A stretch of DNA of 63,993 nucleotides, the filler included, from Trichomonas gallinae (taxonomy: Eukaryota), in assembly GCA_008369845.1 (NCBI GenBank). It is 6 parts of 6 records of this genome, joined end to end, with 100 filler letters (N's around TTAATTAATTAA, not from the genome) between each part and the next. Parts side by side here need not be neighbours in the genome. Positions count along the whole stretch, not along the records: positions 1 to 17,760 come from MRSU01000273.1; 5 more parts are not named here. One strand, 5' to 3'. The first letter of the stretch is position 1. Each line of letters starts with the position of its first letter. A program made the translations under genes and the position numbers. Below, in pieces: positions 1 through 11,800 of the stretch. The notes under the pieces are model-generated. The model worked only from the letters and a program-made list of their open reading frames with translations, did no database searches and was not told the origin of the DNA.

Positions 1-261
1 GAATATCCCTATGGTCTGCGGTCCATATATACGAAGAATGGATCCAAAATTCAGATTTTCAAACCTCCGAGGTACCTTTCTTTAGTGTAAGATATCTTCA
101 ATAAATAAGCTATAAAATCTTAATAGACAAATTATAAGTGCTTAATATGAGTATAGATATAAAATGAACTCTTAAATCAAATGTTAAAGGCATGTCTACA
201 ACTTTTTATGCAAATTTGATTTATTAAATTTCATTATTGTAAATTATTTACATGACAAAAA

Positions 262-266
262 TCATT
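262..266 (+). promoter_or_regulatory. Initiator (Inr) element TCATT
   Basis: TCATT 11 nt before the ATG at 278, matching the trichomonad Inr consensus TCA(C/T)(T/A) and its typical spacing. Confidence 0.6.
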
Positions 267-277
267 TTTTTTTTATA

Positions 278-3200
278 ATGTTTACTTCGTCAGATTATTT
301 CTTTGAAGAAGATGAGTCAGCCATTAATAAAAAGTTTCTGGACTTGCTTAATTCAGGTGATCTTATCCACGCTTTTCAAATGGCTTCGAGAATTTCAGAT
401 TTTAATATCCAAGATGACGAAGGAAACACGCCATTGATTCTGGTTGCTAAACATTCGAAAAATAATTCATTTGCTCCTTTATTTGCTAATTTTTTATTAA
501 ATAAAAAATCAAATGCTAAAATTGCAAACAAAAGCGGTGAAACTGCATTCAAAATTGCATGTGACAACGAAAATTTAGAACTTATTGAGCAAATTCTTCA
601 TTTCAGCGATGATTTCGAAAATATTGACATTTCTTCCTTTTCTCCATCAAGTTCGCAAATTGTCACAAAAGTTTTAGACAATATTCAATATAAAGCAAAT
701 AATATTCCAAGTAGTGTTTACATTGATGAATCAGAAGAAGAAAATTATGAGAAAATTCTTAAATCCGCAATTCAAGAAAGAAATCATCAAAAAGCATCAG
801 CAGTATTAGAACATATGTTATTGGTATCATTGGAATTATTTGAGGAAGCATTAAAGTTTTATGCGTTTGATATTTGTAAAATTATGCTCGACAAAGACTT
901 GAATATTTCATCATTGCTGTTCAAATACTCAGATAATCAAGACTTTCAGACATTTTCTAATATTTTGCAGTTAGGTGCAGATCCAAATTATAAAAATATA
1001 TTGAATCATGTTTTAGATCTCAAAAACAATGAAATGGTACTAGAATTAATATCATATGATGCTAAAATTGACTTTCTAGCACCAGAAATTGTGACTGAAC
1101 TATTCGAGTTTTCGATCAAAAAACACAAAACAAAAGCAGCTTTGTTCCTTATGCAGCACAAAAACTTTTTCATGAAGAATGAGTATCTCCATTTATGCAT
1201 TAATTACAATGAAAAAGAAGTTGCTGTTAAATTGATAGAATATGGAGTAGATGTCAATTTTGAACATCATGGAAAAACTCCTTATTTTCTTGCATCACAA
1301 AACAAACAAACTTCTATTCAAGAGCTTTTGGTTTCATCAGGAGCCTACAGCATGGAGCCATTGTTTTCTTTTGAAGAAGGAGAAGATCTAAAACAATGCT
1401 TATCTGAAGCAATTCTTGAATGTGATTTTGTTAGAGCTTCAAATTTAGTCCAAAGAGTTGATAACTTTGAAATTTCATTCGATTTAATTGATTCACTACT
1501 TGAACCACGCATGTTTAGTGTTTTAAAGCAATTAGTAGCTAAAGGTTTTAAACTTAATGAAATCACAATATTTAACAAGCCACTTCTTCATCATTATTTC
1601 ATTCACAAAGATTTCGATAGGTTTTTAAATCTTCTTCAAATTGAAACCGATCCAAACATTGTAGATAGTACATCAAACTTGAATATACTCGATTATGTTT
1701 CCAGAAATTGTTTTTATCTTGATAATATTGAAACAAATTTAATTGGATCATTATTGGTTAAATCATTGATTGAAAAAGGAGCAAAATCAAATTCTTTATT
1801 CTTATTTAATCATGGAATTGCGATGCAATTAATGGATCATAATATGATTAACATTGATATCGAAGATATAATCAAAATTAATGATGAATATCTTGCAATT
1901 AAAGCATTTGAAAAAGTCGATAATATCAGTTTTGATATATTTTCTAAAATTATTAATAGCAAATGGAATTTAGCTTTGGAAATAATTGCAGAAAAAGACT
2001 TAGATTTTGGTAATGAGAATACGACAGTTTTCAATCTTTTGCTCAAGAACAATTTCACCAAAATTGCAAAAAAGTTTATAGACAAAAATTTGAATTTAGA
2101 TTTTATCGATGAAGAAGAGTATTCTCTATTAATGCGCTCAATTGAAGCATCATGTGATGAAATTTCTTTTAGTTTGATTGAAAAATGTTCAAGAACAGAT
2201 TATAAATATAATGATGGATCAACATTATTAATGAAAGCATTGAGAAATCATCTGAATGAAACAGTCAATGTTTTACTAGAAAAAGGAAGTAATTTTGATG
2301 AAGTTGATGATTATGGATTTTCTACTCTTTATTATGCATACGAAGGCAAAGTTAGCGAAAATATTATTGATGCAATAATAGAAAAAACTATTTCAACAAT
2401 AACTGTTAAATCATTAATCAAACAGGATCTGCAAGATTTAGCGATTAAAATAATCAACAATCCAAGATTCAATTTACAAGAATCTGATTTAGTTTATGCA
2501 GTTGCCAAAAATGAAAAAGAAATTGCATTAGAGTTAATAAAGAAATATATAAATGTCAACATAAAAGATTCAAAAGGAATTCCATTGATTAAAGTTGCTT
2601 TTGATAACAAACTTTATGATATTGCAAGAGTTATTCTCGATAAATTGGAAGATAAAAACTTCTTAGATCCAAATGATTTATTGAGAGCAATTGATGATAA
2701 AAATACTGAACTTGCGATGAAATATATCGAATTTGGTGTTGCTCTTAATGTTATACCAACAAAACTTATCAAACATGCACTGAGAAAGTCTCTATATGAT
2801 TTGTGCAGACTGATGGTTGATAATGGACTTGATATTAATGCATTGGATGCAAAAGGAAGACCTTTATTGCAATATTACGCAGAAAATAATAACATGATTA
2901 GCTTCAAAGACATCCTTGAGTTAAAAGCAGATCCAAATGTTAAAAACAAAAACGGAATTTCAATCCTAACTTTTCTTCTAAATTCAATAACAATTAATCA
3001 AAACACACAACAAAGTATTAACTCAGATTCATCTGATTCTGAAGATTCTGATACTGATGAGCAAATAGCTGATAACTCAATTTATTTGGATCTGATATTG
3101 AGACTGATTGAAAAAGGAATGAACATTGATGAAATTGACGAAAATAAGCTTCATATGATTTTTAACAGGTCGATTGATATGCATCTTGAAACAATTGCTA

Positions 3201-5854
3201 ATATGATTATCAAGCATCCCAATTTCAAACCTCAGCAGTTTGATTTGCATTACACAATTAAAAACAAAATGATTGAAGCTGCTTATGCATTAATAAATAT
3301 GAATTGCAATTTTGATTGTAAAGATTCAAAAGGAAAGACTCCACTGCAATATGCAATGAAAAATGATGTGATTTTGATCGCGATGCTTCTAAGATCCAAA
3401 GGTGCCAAATACGAAAAAAACAGTCAATCAAATTCTTCAGAAGATTCTGATTCTCTGTCATCATCGGATGATGAAGACGAAAAAATTATAATTAATGAAA
3501 CTCAACAAAAATCCGAAGAATTCCAAAATGAAAATGAAAAAGAAGCAATAATAGAAAATAATCAAAGTGATATAATCGAAGAAGTTAAAATGGACAACAA
3601 AGAAAAAGAAGAAAGTTCTGATGATATTGAATATGATATTAACAATGAAATCACTGAACCAAAGAATTTATATGAAGCAATCATTACAAGAAATAAAGAA
3701 AAATCTAAGGAGTTCCTCAATGATCCAGACACTCTTTACAGAAGGGATGAGGATGGAAGACTGTTGATTTATTACACATTAATACATAACATGGATGAAG
3801 TTTGCGATGAACTTGTTGCTAAAGGAATAAATCTTGACAGCCAGGATAAAACAGGAAAAACATTATTGCAACATTTCGCAGAGATTGGTGACTTCAAAAG
3901 GTTTTGCAAATTAATTGACTATGGAGCTGATTTATACTGCAGCAGAACAAGTATTCCGATATTATCATTTGTTCTTAAAACAAACTTGAAAAACAAATGC
4001 ATGAAATTCGTGAAACAGTTGGTAGAAATTGGTGTAAATGTCAACTGCCTTGACACACAAAACAAACACGCTTTGAATTATACCAAAGACATCAACATCA
4101 TGTTCTATTTAATAAACAATGGAGCAAACATGGACATAAAGAATTCCGATGGCGAATATGTTCTTTTGTCTGTTTACGATGATCAATACAAAGCGATTTG
4201 CAGCAGAATGATCAGAGAATACAGTCATCCTTGTGCACAAATCAGTGAAGTAATATTAATTTTCGCTATAACTCATCTGCATAATCTGGCAATGAAAATG
4301 ATTCCTAGATGCAAAATTTCAGGAAAAACATACAAAGGAAATAATCTTCTTCACATTGCAATTTTATCAAATGATTTTGAAATTGCAAAGATAATTGTTG
4401 ATAAAGGAATTGACTTAGACGCATTTAACTGCAGTGGAAAAACAGCTTTATGGCTTTCAATCGAGAAATCTAATGAAGATTTTGCAATTTATCTTATAAA
4501 GAAAGGCGCAAATTTAAATACATTTGCAAGTTATTCAACTTCATTGTTGATCTTTGCTTTGCAAAAGAAACTTTTGAATGTTATCAAAGAACTTATAAAT
4601 GCTGGTGCAAATGCAAATGAAGAAATCGAAGGAAAGACATTACTCATGGAATCATTATTAATTGATTTTGATGTTGCACAGAAAATTATTGAATTTGGTG
4701 TTGATGTAAACTTCCAAACTTCTTCTGTTGGAACTGCATTAGACTGGGCTGTTAGAACACTCAAGAACCAATATATTGCTTTATTCCTGATCAATAATAA
4801 TTCGAATGTTAATACTATAATTGACGGCAGAACATTGTTAAGAGAATCATTAGAAAATCAACTGAATAATGTTGCAAATACAATTTTATCAAATCATTCA
4901 TTTAAGCCTGATCCAATGGATCTGATTTATGCAATTATACATGATGATAATGAAACAGCAAAAGTTTTAATTGATCTGAAAATTGATTTGAATTCATTTG
5001 ATGAAGAAAACAAATCAGCTCTAATTTATGCTATTGAAACAGAAAATGTTGAAATAGGATCATTATTAATCTCCAAAGGAGCAAACATTGAATATGCCAT
5101 GAATTACAAACCAAACAGTCTATCAATTAATAAGAAAGACAATGAACAATCAGTTTATTTCGATTTGGAAGAAAACTCGAAGATAATCATGAATCTCATC
5201 AAAGAAAACAAATTTAATGAAGCCTGTAGTTTAGCAAAGAAAGCAAATAAGCTGGATCATTATATAACAGATGAATATGGAAATACAATATTGATATTAG
5301 TTGCAGATAAGCTTTCAAAGACAATTGATTTTCATGAATCAAAACTTCTCGAAGAAATTGCAAAAATTTATTTGGAGCAAAAAGAAAATATTGATGCAGT
5401 AAACAACTCACATGCAACAGCATTGATGCTTGCTGCATCTTCATACAGTCCAGTTCTTCTAATTCTATTGCTACAGAAAGGCGCCGATATTTCAATAACT
5501 GATTATTCAGCGAAAAATTTATTCGACTACATTAAAGTCATTGATTATTTCACAATCATTGCATGTTTCTATCCACAGCATCCAGAACTAATCAAGCAAT
5601 TAAATTACGATGATTTCGTTGACAACAATGAAGATCTTGTAATTTTAGAAAATTATCAACCAGAACAAATTGAAAATAGTGAACAAGAAACAGAAAATAA
5701 ACAAGAAGAAATTCAAGTCAAAGAAAAAGAAGAAGAACAAATAGCTGAAGATAAACAAGAATTAAAAGCTGATGAAACAGATTATAAAGATTTAAGTGAG
5801 CAGGAGCAATTAGATTTAATGAATGAAATCGAAGAATTGTTGCAAAATAATTGA
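278..5854 (+). CDS. Large ankyrin-repeat protein (1858 aa) with acidic/Ser-rich linkers and acidic tail
   Basis: Many ankyrin consensus units (EGNTPLILVA, GKTPYFLAS, GKTPLQYAM, GKTALWLSI, LIKKGANLN). Confidence 0.9.
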   Translation: MFTSSDYFFEEDESAINKKFLDLLNSGDLIHAFQMASRISDFNIQDDEGNTPLILVAKHSKNNSFAPLFANFLLNKKSNAKIANKSGETAFKIACDNENLELIEQILHFSDDFENIDISSFSPSSSQIVTKVLDNIQYKANNIPSSVYIDESEEENYEKILKSAIQERNHQKASAVLEHMLLVSLELFEEALKFYAFDICKIMLDKDLNISSLLFKYSDNQDFQTFSNILQLGADPNYKNILNHVLDLKNNEMVLELISYDAKIDFLAPEIVTELFEFSIKKHKTKAALFLMQHKNFFMKNEYLHLCINYNEKEVAVKLIEYGVDVNFEHHGKTPYFLASQNKQTSIQELLVSSGAYSMEPLFSFEEGEDLKQCLSEAILECDFVRASNLVQRVDNFEISFDLIDSLLEPRMFSVLKQLVAKGFKLNEITIFNKPLLHHYFIHKDFDRFLNLLQIETDPNIVDSTSNLNILDYVSRNCFYLDNIETNLIGSLLVKSLIEKGAKSNSLFLFNHGIAMQLMDHNMINIDIEDIIKINDEYLAIKAFEKVDNISFDIFSKIINSKWNLALEIIAEKDLDFGNENTTVFNLLLKNNFTKIAKKFIDKNLNLDFIDEEEYSLLMRSIEASCDEISFSLIEKCSRTDYKYNDGSTLLMKALRNHLNETVNVLLEKGSNFDEVDDYGFSTLYYAYEGKVSENIIDAIIEKTISTITVKSLIKQDLQDLAIKIINNPRFNLQESDLVYAVAKNEKEIALELIKKYINVNIKDSKGIPLIKVAFDNKLYDIARVILDKLEDKNFLDPNDLLRAIDDKNTELAMKYIEFGVALNVIPTKLIKHALRKSLYDLCRLMVDNGLDINALDAKGRPLLQYYAENNNMISFKDILELKADPNVKNKNGISILTFLLNSITINQNTQQSINSDSSDSEDSDTDEQIADNSIYLDLILRLIEKGMNIDEIDENKLHMIFNRSIDMHLETIANMIIKHPNFKPQQFDLHYTIKNKMIEAAYALINMNCNFDCKDSKGKTPLQYAMKNDVILIAMLLRSKGAKYEKNSQSNSSEDSDSLSSSDDEDEKIIINETQQKSEEFQNENEKEAIIENNQSDIIEEVKMDNKEKEESSDDIEYDINNEITEPKNLYEAIITRNKEKSKEFLNDPDTLYRRDEDGRLLIYYTLIHNMDEVCDELVAKGINLDSQDKTGKTLLQHFAEIGDFKRFCKLIDYGADLYCSRTSIPILSFVLKTNLKNKCMKFVKQLVEIGVNVNCLDTQNKHALNYTKDINIMFYLINNGANMDIKNSDGEYVLLSVYDDQYKAICSRMIREYSHPCAQISEVILIFAITHLHNLAMKMIPRCKISGKTYKGNNLLHIAILSNDFEIAKIIVDKGIDLDAFNCSGKTALWLSIEKSNEDFAIYLIKKGANLNTFASYSTSLLIFALQKKLLNVIKELINAGANANEEIEGKTLLMESLLIDFDVAQKIIEFGVDVNFQTSSVGTALDWAVRTLKNQYIALFLINNNSNVNTIIDGRTLLRESLENQLNNVANTILSNHSFKPDPMDLIYAIIHDDNETAKVLIDLKIDLNSFDEENKSALIYAIETENVEIGSLLISKGANIEYAMNYKPNSLSINKKDNEQSVYFDLEENSKIIMNLIKENKFNEACSLAKKANKLDHYITDEYGNTILILVADKLSKTIDFHESKLLEEIAKIYLEQKENIDAVNNSHATALMLAASSYSPVLLILLLQKGADISITDYSAKNLFDYIKVIDYFTIIACFYPQHPELIKQLNYDDFVDNNEDLVILENYQPEQIENSEQETENKQEEIQVKEKEEEQIAEDKQELKADETDYKDLSEQEQLDLMNEIEELLQNN

Positions 5855-5898
5855 ATAATAAAAATTATGTTTTGTATAGAATAAAAATAACAAACAAT

Positions 5899-8800
5899 TT
5901 ATTTTGAAGAGCTAAATACTCTTCCAACAATAAGAATATCCGCACTAACATCATATGCAGGGATGTTAAATGTCCATAAAGATTCTACTGTTTGATGAGA
6001 CTTCGGCTTAAATTCAAATGTGCATGCAAATCTTTTTCCGCTGCTGACGAACGCAGAAGGAGTTGCACAAGTAATTGAGCCATCACTTGTATCTTGTTTG
6101 CATTTCCAGCTGATCTCATATGGTCTGTCTGTGGTATTAATCATCTCAAATGTTTTAATGGCTTTGTTTCCTTTGCTGTTCGTCAAAATTTCTAACACTC
6201 TAATGTTTTCACTGACGACAATTGTCTGGGAACTCATTCTTCTGTTTGCTGTCAGATAATCACTCTGCTCGAAATTGATGTGAACAATTGGTCTTTTAGA
6301 GGCTGCACAGCACTTAATTATTGGTGGATCATATTTCAGTCCATCAATGTCGCACAAATAAGTGCAAGTAAACTCGTCGTCTGTTGTCGGGGAGAAAGTT
6401 ATAGTGAAAACAGCTTTTTCTTTTGGCTTCAAGAATCCCGACGGAGGGCTGATAGAGAAAGGAAGAATTGCTGGCTTAATTTGCCCTTGTTTAAGTGTAT
6501 CTAAAGTTTTGAATCTCCATAAATAATTGAAGCCAATGTTGCAAGTGTTTTCGAGTGTGAATTGGCATGATTTCGATTCATAAATCATTGTTAGAGGAAT
6601 GTCTAATATGTCTTCATGCAATAAGTATCCGATATTATCTGAAGCAGCAGAAATAATGATTTGCATATCATTTAGTCTTTCTTTGATAACTGAATAAGCT
6701 GGTTCTGTTTCTACTTCTTCTATTACATATGTTTCGTCATCTTCTTGCTGATTTTCTTCATAGATCTTTAATTTTCTGACAGATCTTGAGCTTGCAATAG
6801 CTGGAGGGGCAACATTTTGCATCTCTGGGTCAAGCTGAGACTTTTTGACATATTTGACAACTGTCTTCGAATCATCCCAATCTGGAGAATTTTCCTGCAG
6901 TTGAATTTTCGCTCTCGAACATGTTAAAACTTTCTTTGTGTAAGAAACTGGCTTCTCTGATGAGAATATACAAGTAATCTTCTTAGAAGAATTCGCGTGG
7001 ATATGTCCAGCATGAGGAATGAAGACGAAATCGTTGTCATTTTGGAACTGGAATCTGTAGTTAAACTCAGAAACATTTCTCATCATGAAGTCGACTTTCG
7101 AAGTCTTGCCAACAATTGTATCACTAAATAACAAAGTTGGGCCGCCTTGTTTGGAGAGAACATTGCCGACAACATAAACGGGTTCGAAAATTCCTTCACC
7201 GTAAAATGTAATTTTCTTCATAAAATCTTTGTTTTCTTCTATCGTCAACGTCACATCAACAGTTGATTTTCTTGGCTTTTGTGGGCTGAATATAATCGGT
7301 AAATTAAATGTTGAGTGTGGTTCTATAACAATTTTGCGATGTTCGAGAGATAAAATGAAATCCGGTGAGGGAGAAAGCGCAACATTTATTGTTGCATGGA
7401 TGTTGTTTCTATTTGTCAAAACAATGATTTTCTCTTGCTTGAATGTAATCAAAAATGCTTCGAAAGGCTGAAGGTCGTCTTTCGAAATATTTCCATCCGA
7501 TTGTATCTGAACATCAACGAAAGGAATTTCGCCTTCTCCTTGTACTTCGAATACTAAAGGAGGATGAAGACTGTTTCTCGCTGTTGCTGTGACAGTCGCT
7601 GTAAGCAAACCAGTTCGATTTGGCTCGAATGTGATTTGTATTGGTTTGCTTTCGTTTGCATCTAAACTTATCATGTTTTCAGATAAAGTGAAATATTCAA
7701 CATCTTTCTTGTTGTTTTTCACTGTGATATCCACTTCGCAAGGAACTGGCGAATTATTGATGACGAAAAACTCGCCTTTTGTTGTTGCTGACACCAAAGT
7801 TGGACAGAAAACAAGTCGCTTTTGGTCGTAGAACCAGGAAGAAACATCCATTTGGGCTTCTTTCGATGAACAAATGTTCATTGTTCTGAATATTTGCTCA
7901 TAATCATCGCAACACAAAGAAGAACTGATGCAGTCAGCAAAGATTTTGTACTCGACTCCTTTCTCGATTTGTGGCTCTGCATTTTGAACAACAATGAAAA
8001 ACTTTTCCATAACATTTTGAATTTTTGTTGGTTTGATTTCTACCAAAAACTCTTGCGTTTCATTTGGTTTTATCGAGCCAAATGATGGAGAAATGGTAAT
8101 GAATTCACCAATGCTAACAAACTGAGGAAGTTTTGCTAAATGTCGTTTAGAGTTTGACGGACCTTTTGGCTCTTTAACGAGTTTTTTCTTTTTGTCGTTG
8201 TTATTGCTTGGCTCTGAATCAACAGATTGATATATACTGAAATTAAACTCAAAGTACCCTGTGTTTGTAACAGTGAATATCTTCGTGTTTGATATAACAA
8301 TAGGAATTGTTCCAAAATCGATTTGTTTCTCTGGTGAAATCGAAAAACTCGAATAAACAGATTGAGCGCTGAATGGAATAGGAACTGTTGCTATCTCACT
8401 TCCCGTTAATGTATCATTGATAACAACAGAAATTCCTTTAGCGTTGTTGTATTTCTTCTTGGCGAAGGCTTTGTAAGTGAAAATAACATCAGTTCCATTT
8501 TCGTTATTTGAAGGTTGAACTCCTCCACTCAATGATGACAAATTCATGTTCTGGATGAATTCTTTGTTCTTGTCGAGTATGAATTTGTATAATATTGGGT
8601 ATTTACCAAGTGTTCTCATTGTCAGTGTTAAAGATTTGCTTTTACCAACTTTCATGATGCCGAAGTTAAGTGAACTTGCGTTTTCTTGGTAATTTATCGC
8701 AAAATTCACATCATATGCTTCAGCTAAAATGTTAATTTGGTATGTATCAAATGTTCGAAGCTTTGTTTTGTCCATGATTTCTATCGAAATTGATTTCTTG

Positions 8801-11800
8801 ACTAAAATTTGCTTCGGAGAAGTGAAAACAATTGATACTTTCGATTTCGCTCCTGGATTCAATGTTCCTTCAAGCGGTGTAATGGTAAATGCACTGCCAA
8901 GAGTATTACCACCCTTAACTCGCCAATATGCAGGAATCTTTTCTTCATTTACGATTGTGAATTCGCGAGATGTTTGTTGATTTGTGATAATTTTCTCGAA
9001 ATCGAGAACATGTGTATCGAATTTCAATATTGGGACACAGCAAACAGACATTAATTTCAAATACAATGGTTCTGGATTATCTTTGACGCATATTACCATA
9101 GTATTCTCGAATGTTCCAATTTGCTGTGGATTGAAAGAAACAACAAAAGAAGAAGTTTCTCCAGGTTCAATGTTTGTTGATAGTTTATCGAGTGACCAGA
9201 TTCCTTTGTTTGAGTTATTTTGCAGTGAAACATCAATTGTTGAAGGGAAGACAGAGTTATTTGTGAAAATGAATTCTTTCTGGACAACTGCCGCGTCTTT
9301 CTTTAGCATTTTCTCTTTTTTCAAAATGTTGTAGCCGAAAAAGAAAGTGTTCATTGATTTAATATACTGTAATTTTGTCTTTGGAGTGAGTTTATCAGTG
9401 ACATCAACGCAAATCTGCTTCAAATCACGAATAATATCAGGATAAGAAACTTTGGCTTTCAACGGTAAAGTAAATATTTCAGATTTGTATCCTGAAATCG
9501 AAAAAGTTAGTTTTCCTGCGTATTCACCAACAGCTTGACCGAAGAATTGTATCATTATTGGTGTGCTTTCTCCTGCCTCTATCTTCCATCTGCCAGTGCA
9601 GTTGCTGAATTCGTTGTTTTCATTCGAATCTGTTGCAATGTTGAAATATTCTGGCTGTTCATCAGAATTAGAAATGTCATCTGTTGCAGGAACAATGAGT
9701 CTTGGCTGTGGCAAACATTTCCTGAACAAGAAAGTTTTCAACTCCAATAATCCAGGGAAGAAATGCAAAACTTTAGCTATTTCATCATCAACATTTTCTT
9801 CATTATTCAAAACTAAAATATTGTTGGAATAAACCAAATTTTCCGCATCATGATTGATAATCGTCGGATCGAAAACAATGATAGAGTTTTCACTTGCTTG
9901 CAAAATACCTGAAATGATGTGGAATGTGTAGTGGTATAAATAGAAATCATAAAGGAAAGGTGAATCATTGTATGTTTCTTTTGTTTTTGCTGGCGAAGGC
10001 TTTGGCTGCGATGGTTTAGGTACAGATTTTTTAGTGCTTGGTCTCTTCTTTGATCTTCTTGCTGAATTAATTGATGATTGTGTTGGTTCTACTACAATTT
10101 GTTCATTTCTCAATATTTTCCTTCTTCTGTCAACATCATCTTTTTCTTCGTCAGTGAGTCTATTGTACTCTTCTTCTGTCATGTTTTTGAGCATGAAATT
10201 ACTCTTTATCTGCTCTTCGACAGTTTCTCTTGCACTTGCCATCAATAATCTCGAGAATCTCTCTTCCAAAACTTTTTGGCTTGGATTCAAGGCAACCATG
10301 AAAACATACCAGCCTTTCAGTACATTCAACAACAATCTGAAATTATCTTCTATTGAATGAGAGTGAGAATTTTTAGGTTCATAGAACATGTTCGTCAAAA
10401 TCTCGTCACCTTTCATTCCTTTTGACATTTGATTCAAAAATGAAATTGATTCTTCTCTGTTGTCTAAGAAATCCAGTCCATCAATGATAAAGAAATTCAT
10501 GTCTTGAATTGCATTCGTTAAAGCATATTCAAAATCATCATTGTTCAATAACAATTCTTTGATTCTAATAATCGGGATATTTCCATATTTCTCTGATAAT
10601 TTATTTGCAATTGTTGTCTTTCCTGAATTTCCTGGTCCGTGAACAATTAAACAAACTTTATGATTCTGTTCAACTCCTGATGAAAAGTTGATGTTCGAAA
10701 ATTCATCTTTACCAGTTTTCGGCCTTGTTCTAGACAAAGGAGTTCCTGTCATGTGTCTTGTCGCTTGATCAGTGATAATGTTCATATCATATTGCCTCGA
10801 AAACACTTCAATTGCATGTGAAGAAGGATTCGTGAGCAAAACTTGCATTGTTGTAATGTCAGAGAATGGAAGGATTTGGCTAAAGTCTGCTTCTGGAGGG
10901 AAAAATGATAACTTCAATAAGTTACCTGTTCCATTGCAAGCAATCATATATTCATGGTTGGAATATTTGACTTTAACGGGGAAATGAATTGTGTATTCTT
11001 TGTTTTGTTTTGGCGCGAATCCGATTTCGATGTTAGTGAATCCATATTCTTGGATTTCACCGCCACTATTTAATACAGTAAACGCCTTTTCTTTGTCTTT
11101 TTGTATTATATTTGGTCTAATTCCATCTTCTATTGTATATTTGACTTTTATTGGACTCATGTTTTGAATCTGAACAAATAAAATTCTCTGCTGGCCAACA
11201 ATTGTTGTCTGGAAGTTCAAATTTGTTTGACTGAAACTTAGCTGTGGAGAAGTGAAGCATGATTTAACATTGAACTCATAATATATCTCATCAGTAACCA
11301 TCAATCTGTATGTTTCTGAATATTCTCCATTGAAAATATCTTTCATTGAAGAAGAATCGAATTCAACTTTAACTTCAATCTCTGTATTCGATGGGATTCC
11401 AGTGACTGACATTGGAGATACATTAAAAAGTAGATCATCATTTGACGATCCATCTATTAAATAATTTGAAGGAAATGGGGAATCATTCTTGATGATAAAA
11501 GACTTTTGAATAGAACTTCCCAATAATATATTTCCGAGATCTAAATCGAATTTGAATAACGGTAAAGAATCTGGTTTAAACCTTCCAATTTTCATTCTTT
11601 GTCTTCTCTTTCTGTATTCGTCTCCTTTATTTCTTGGTTTCCTTAAAATCTCATCGCTTTGTTTAATAATCAAATCATTTTCTGTCTCAGAATCGTTAAC
11701 CAAAACATTATCAATGTATATAGCTTGGCGTGGATATCTACAGTCAGCGACAACTTCGATTTTCACATCAGTTAAATCAGGAGTTTTGATGTAAAAGAAC

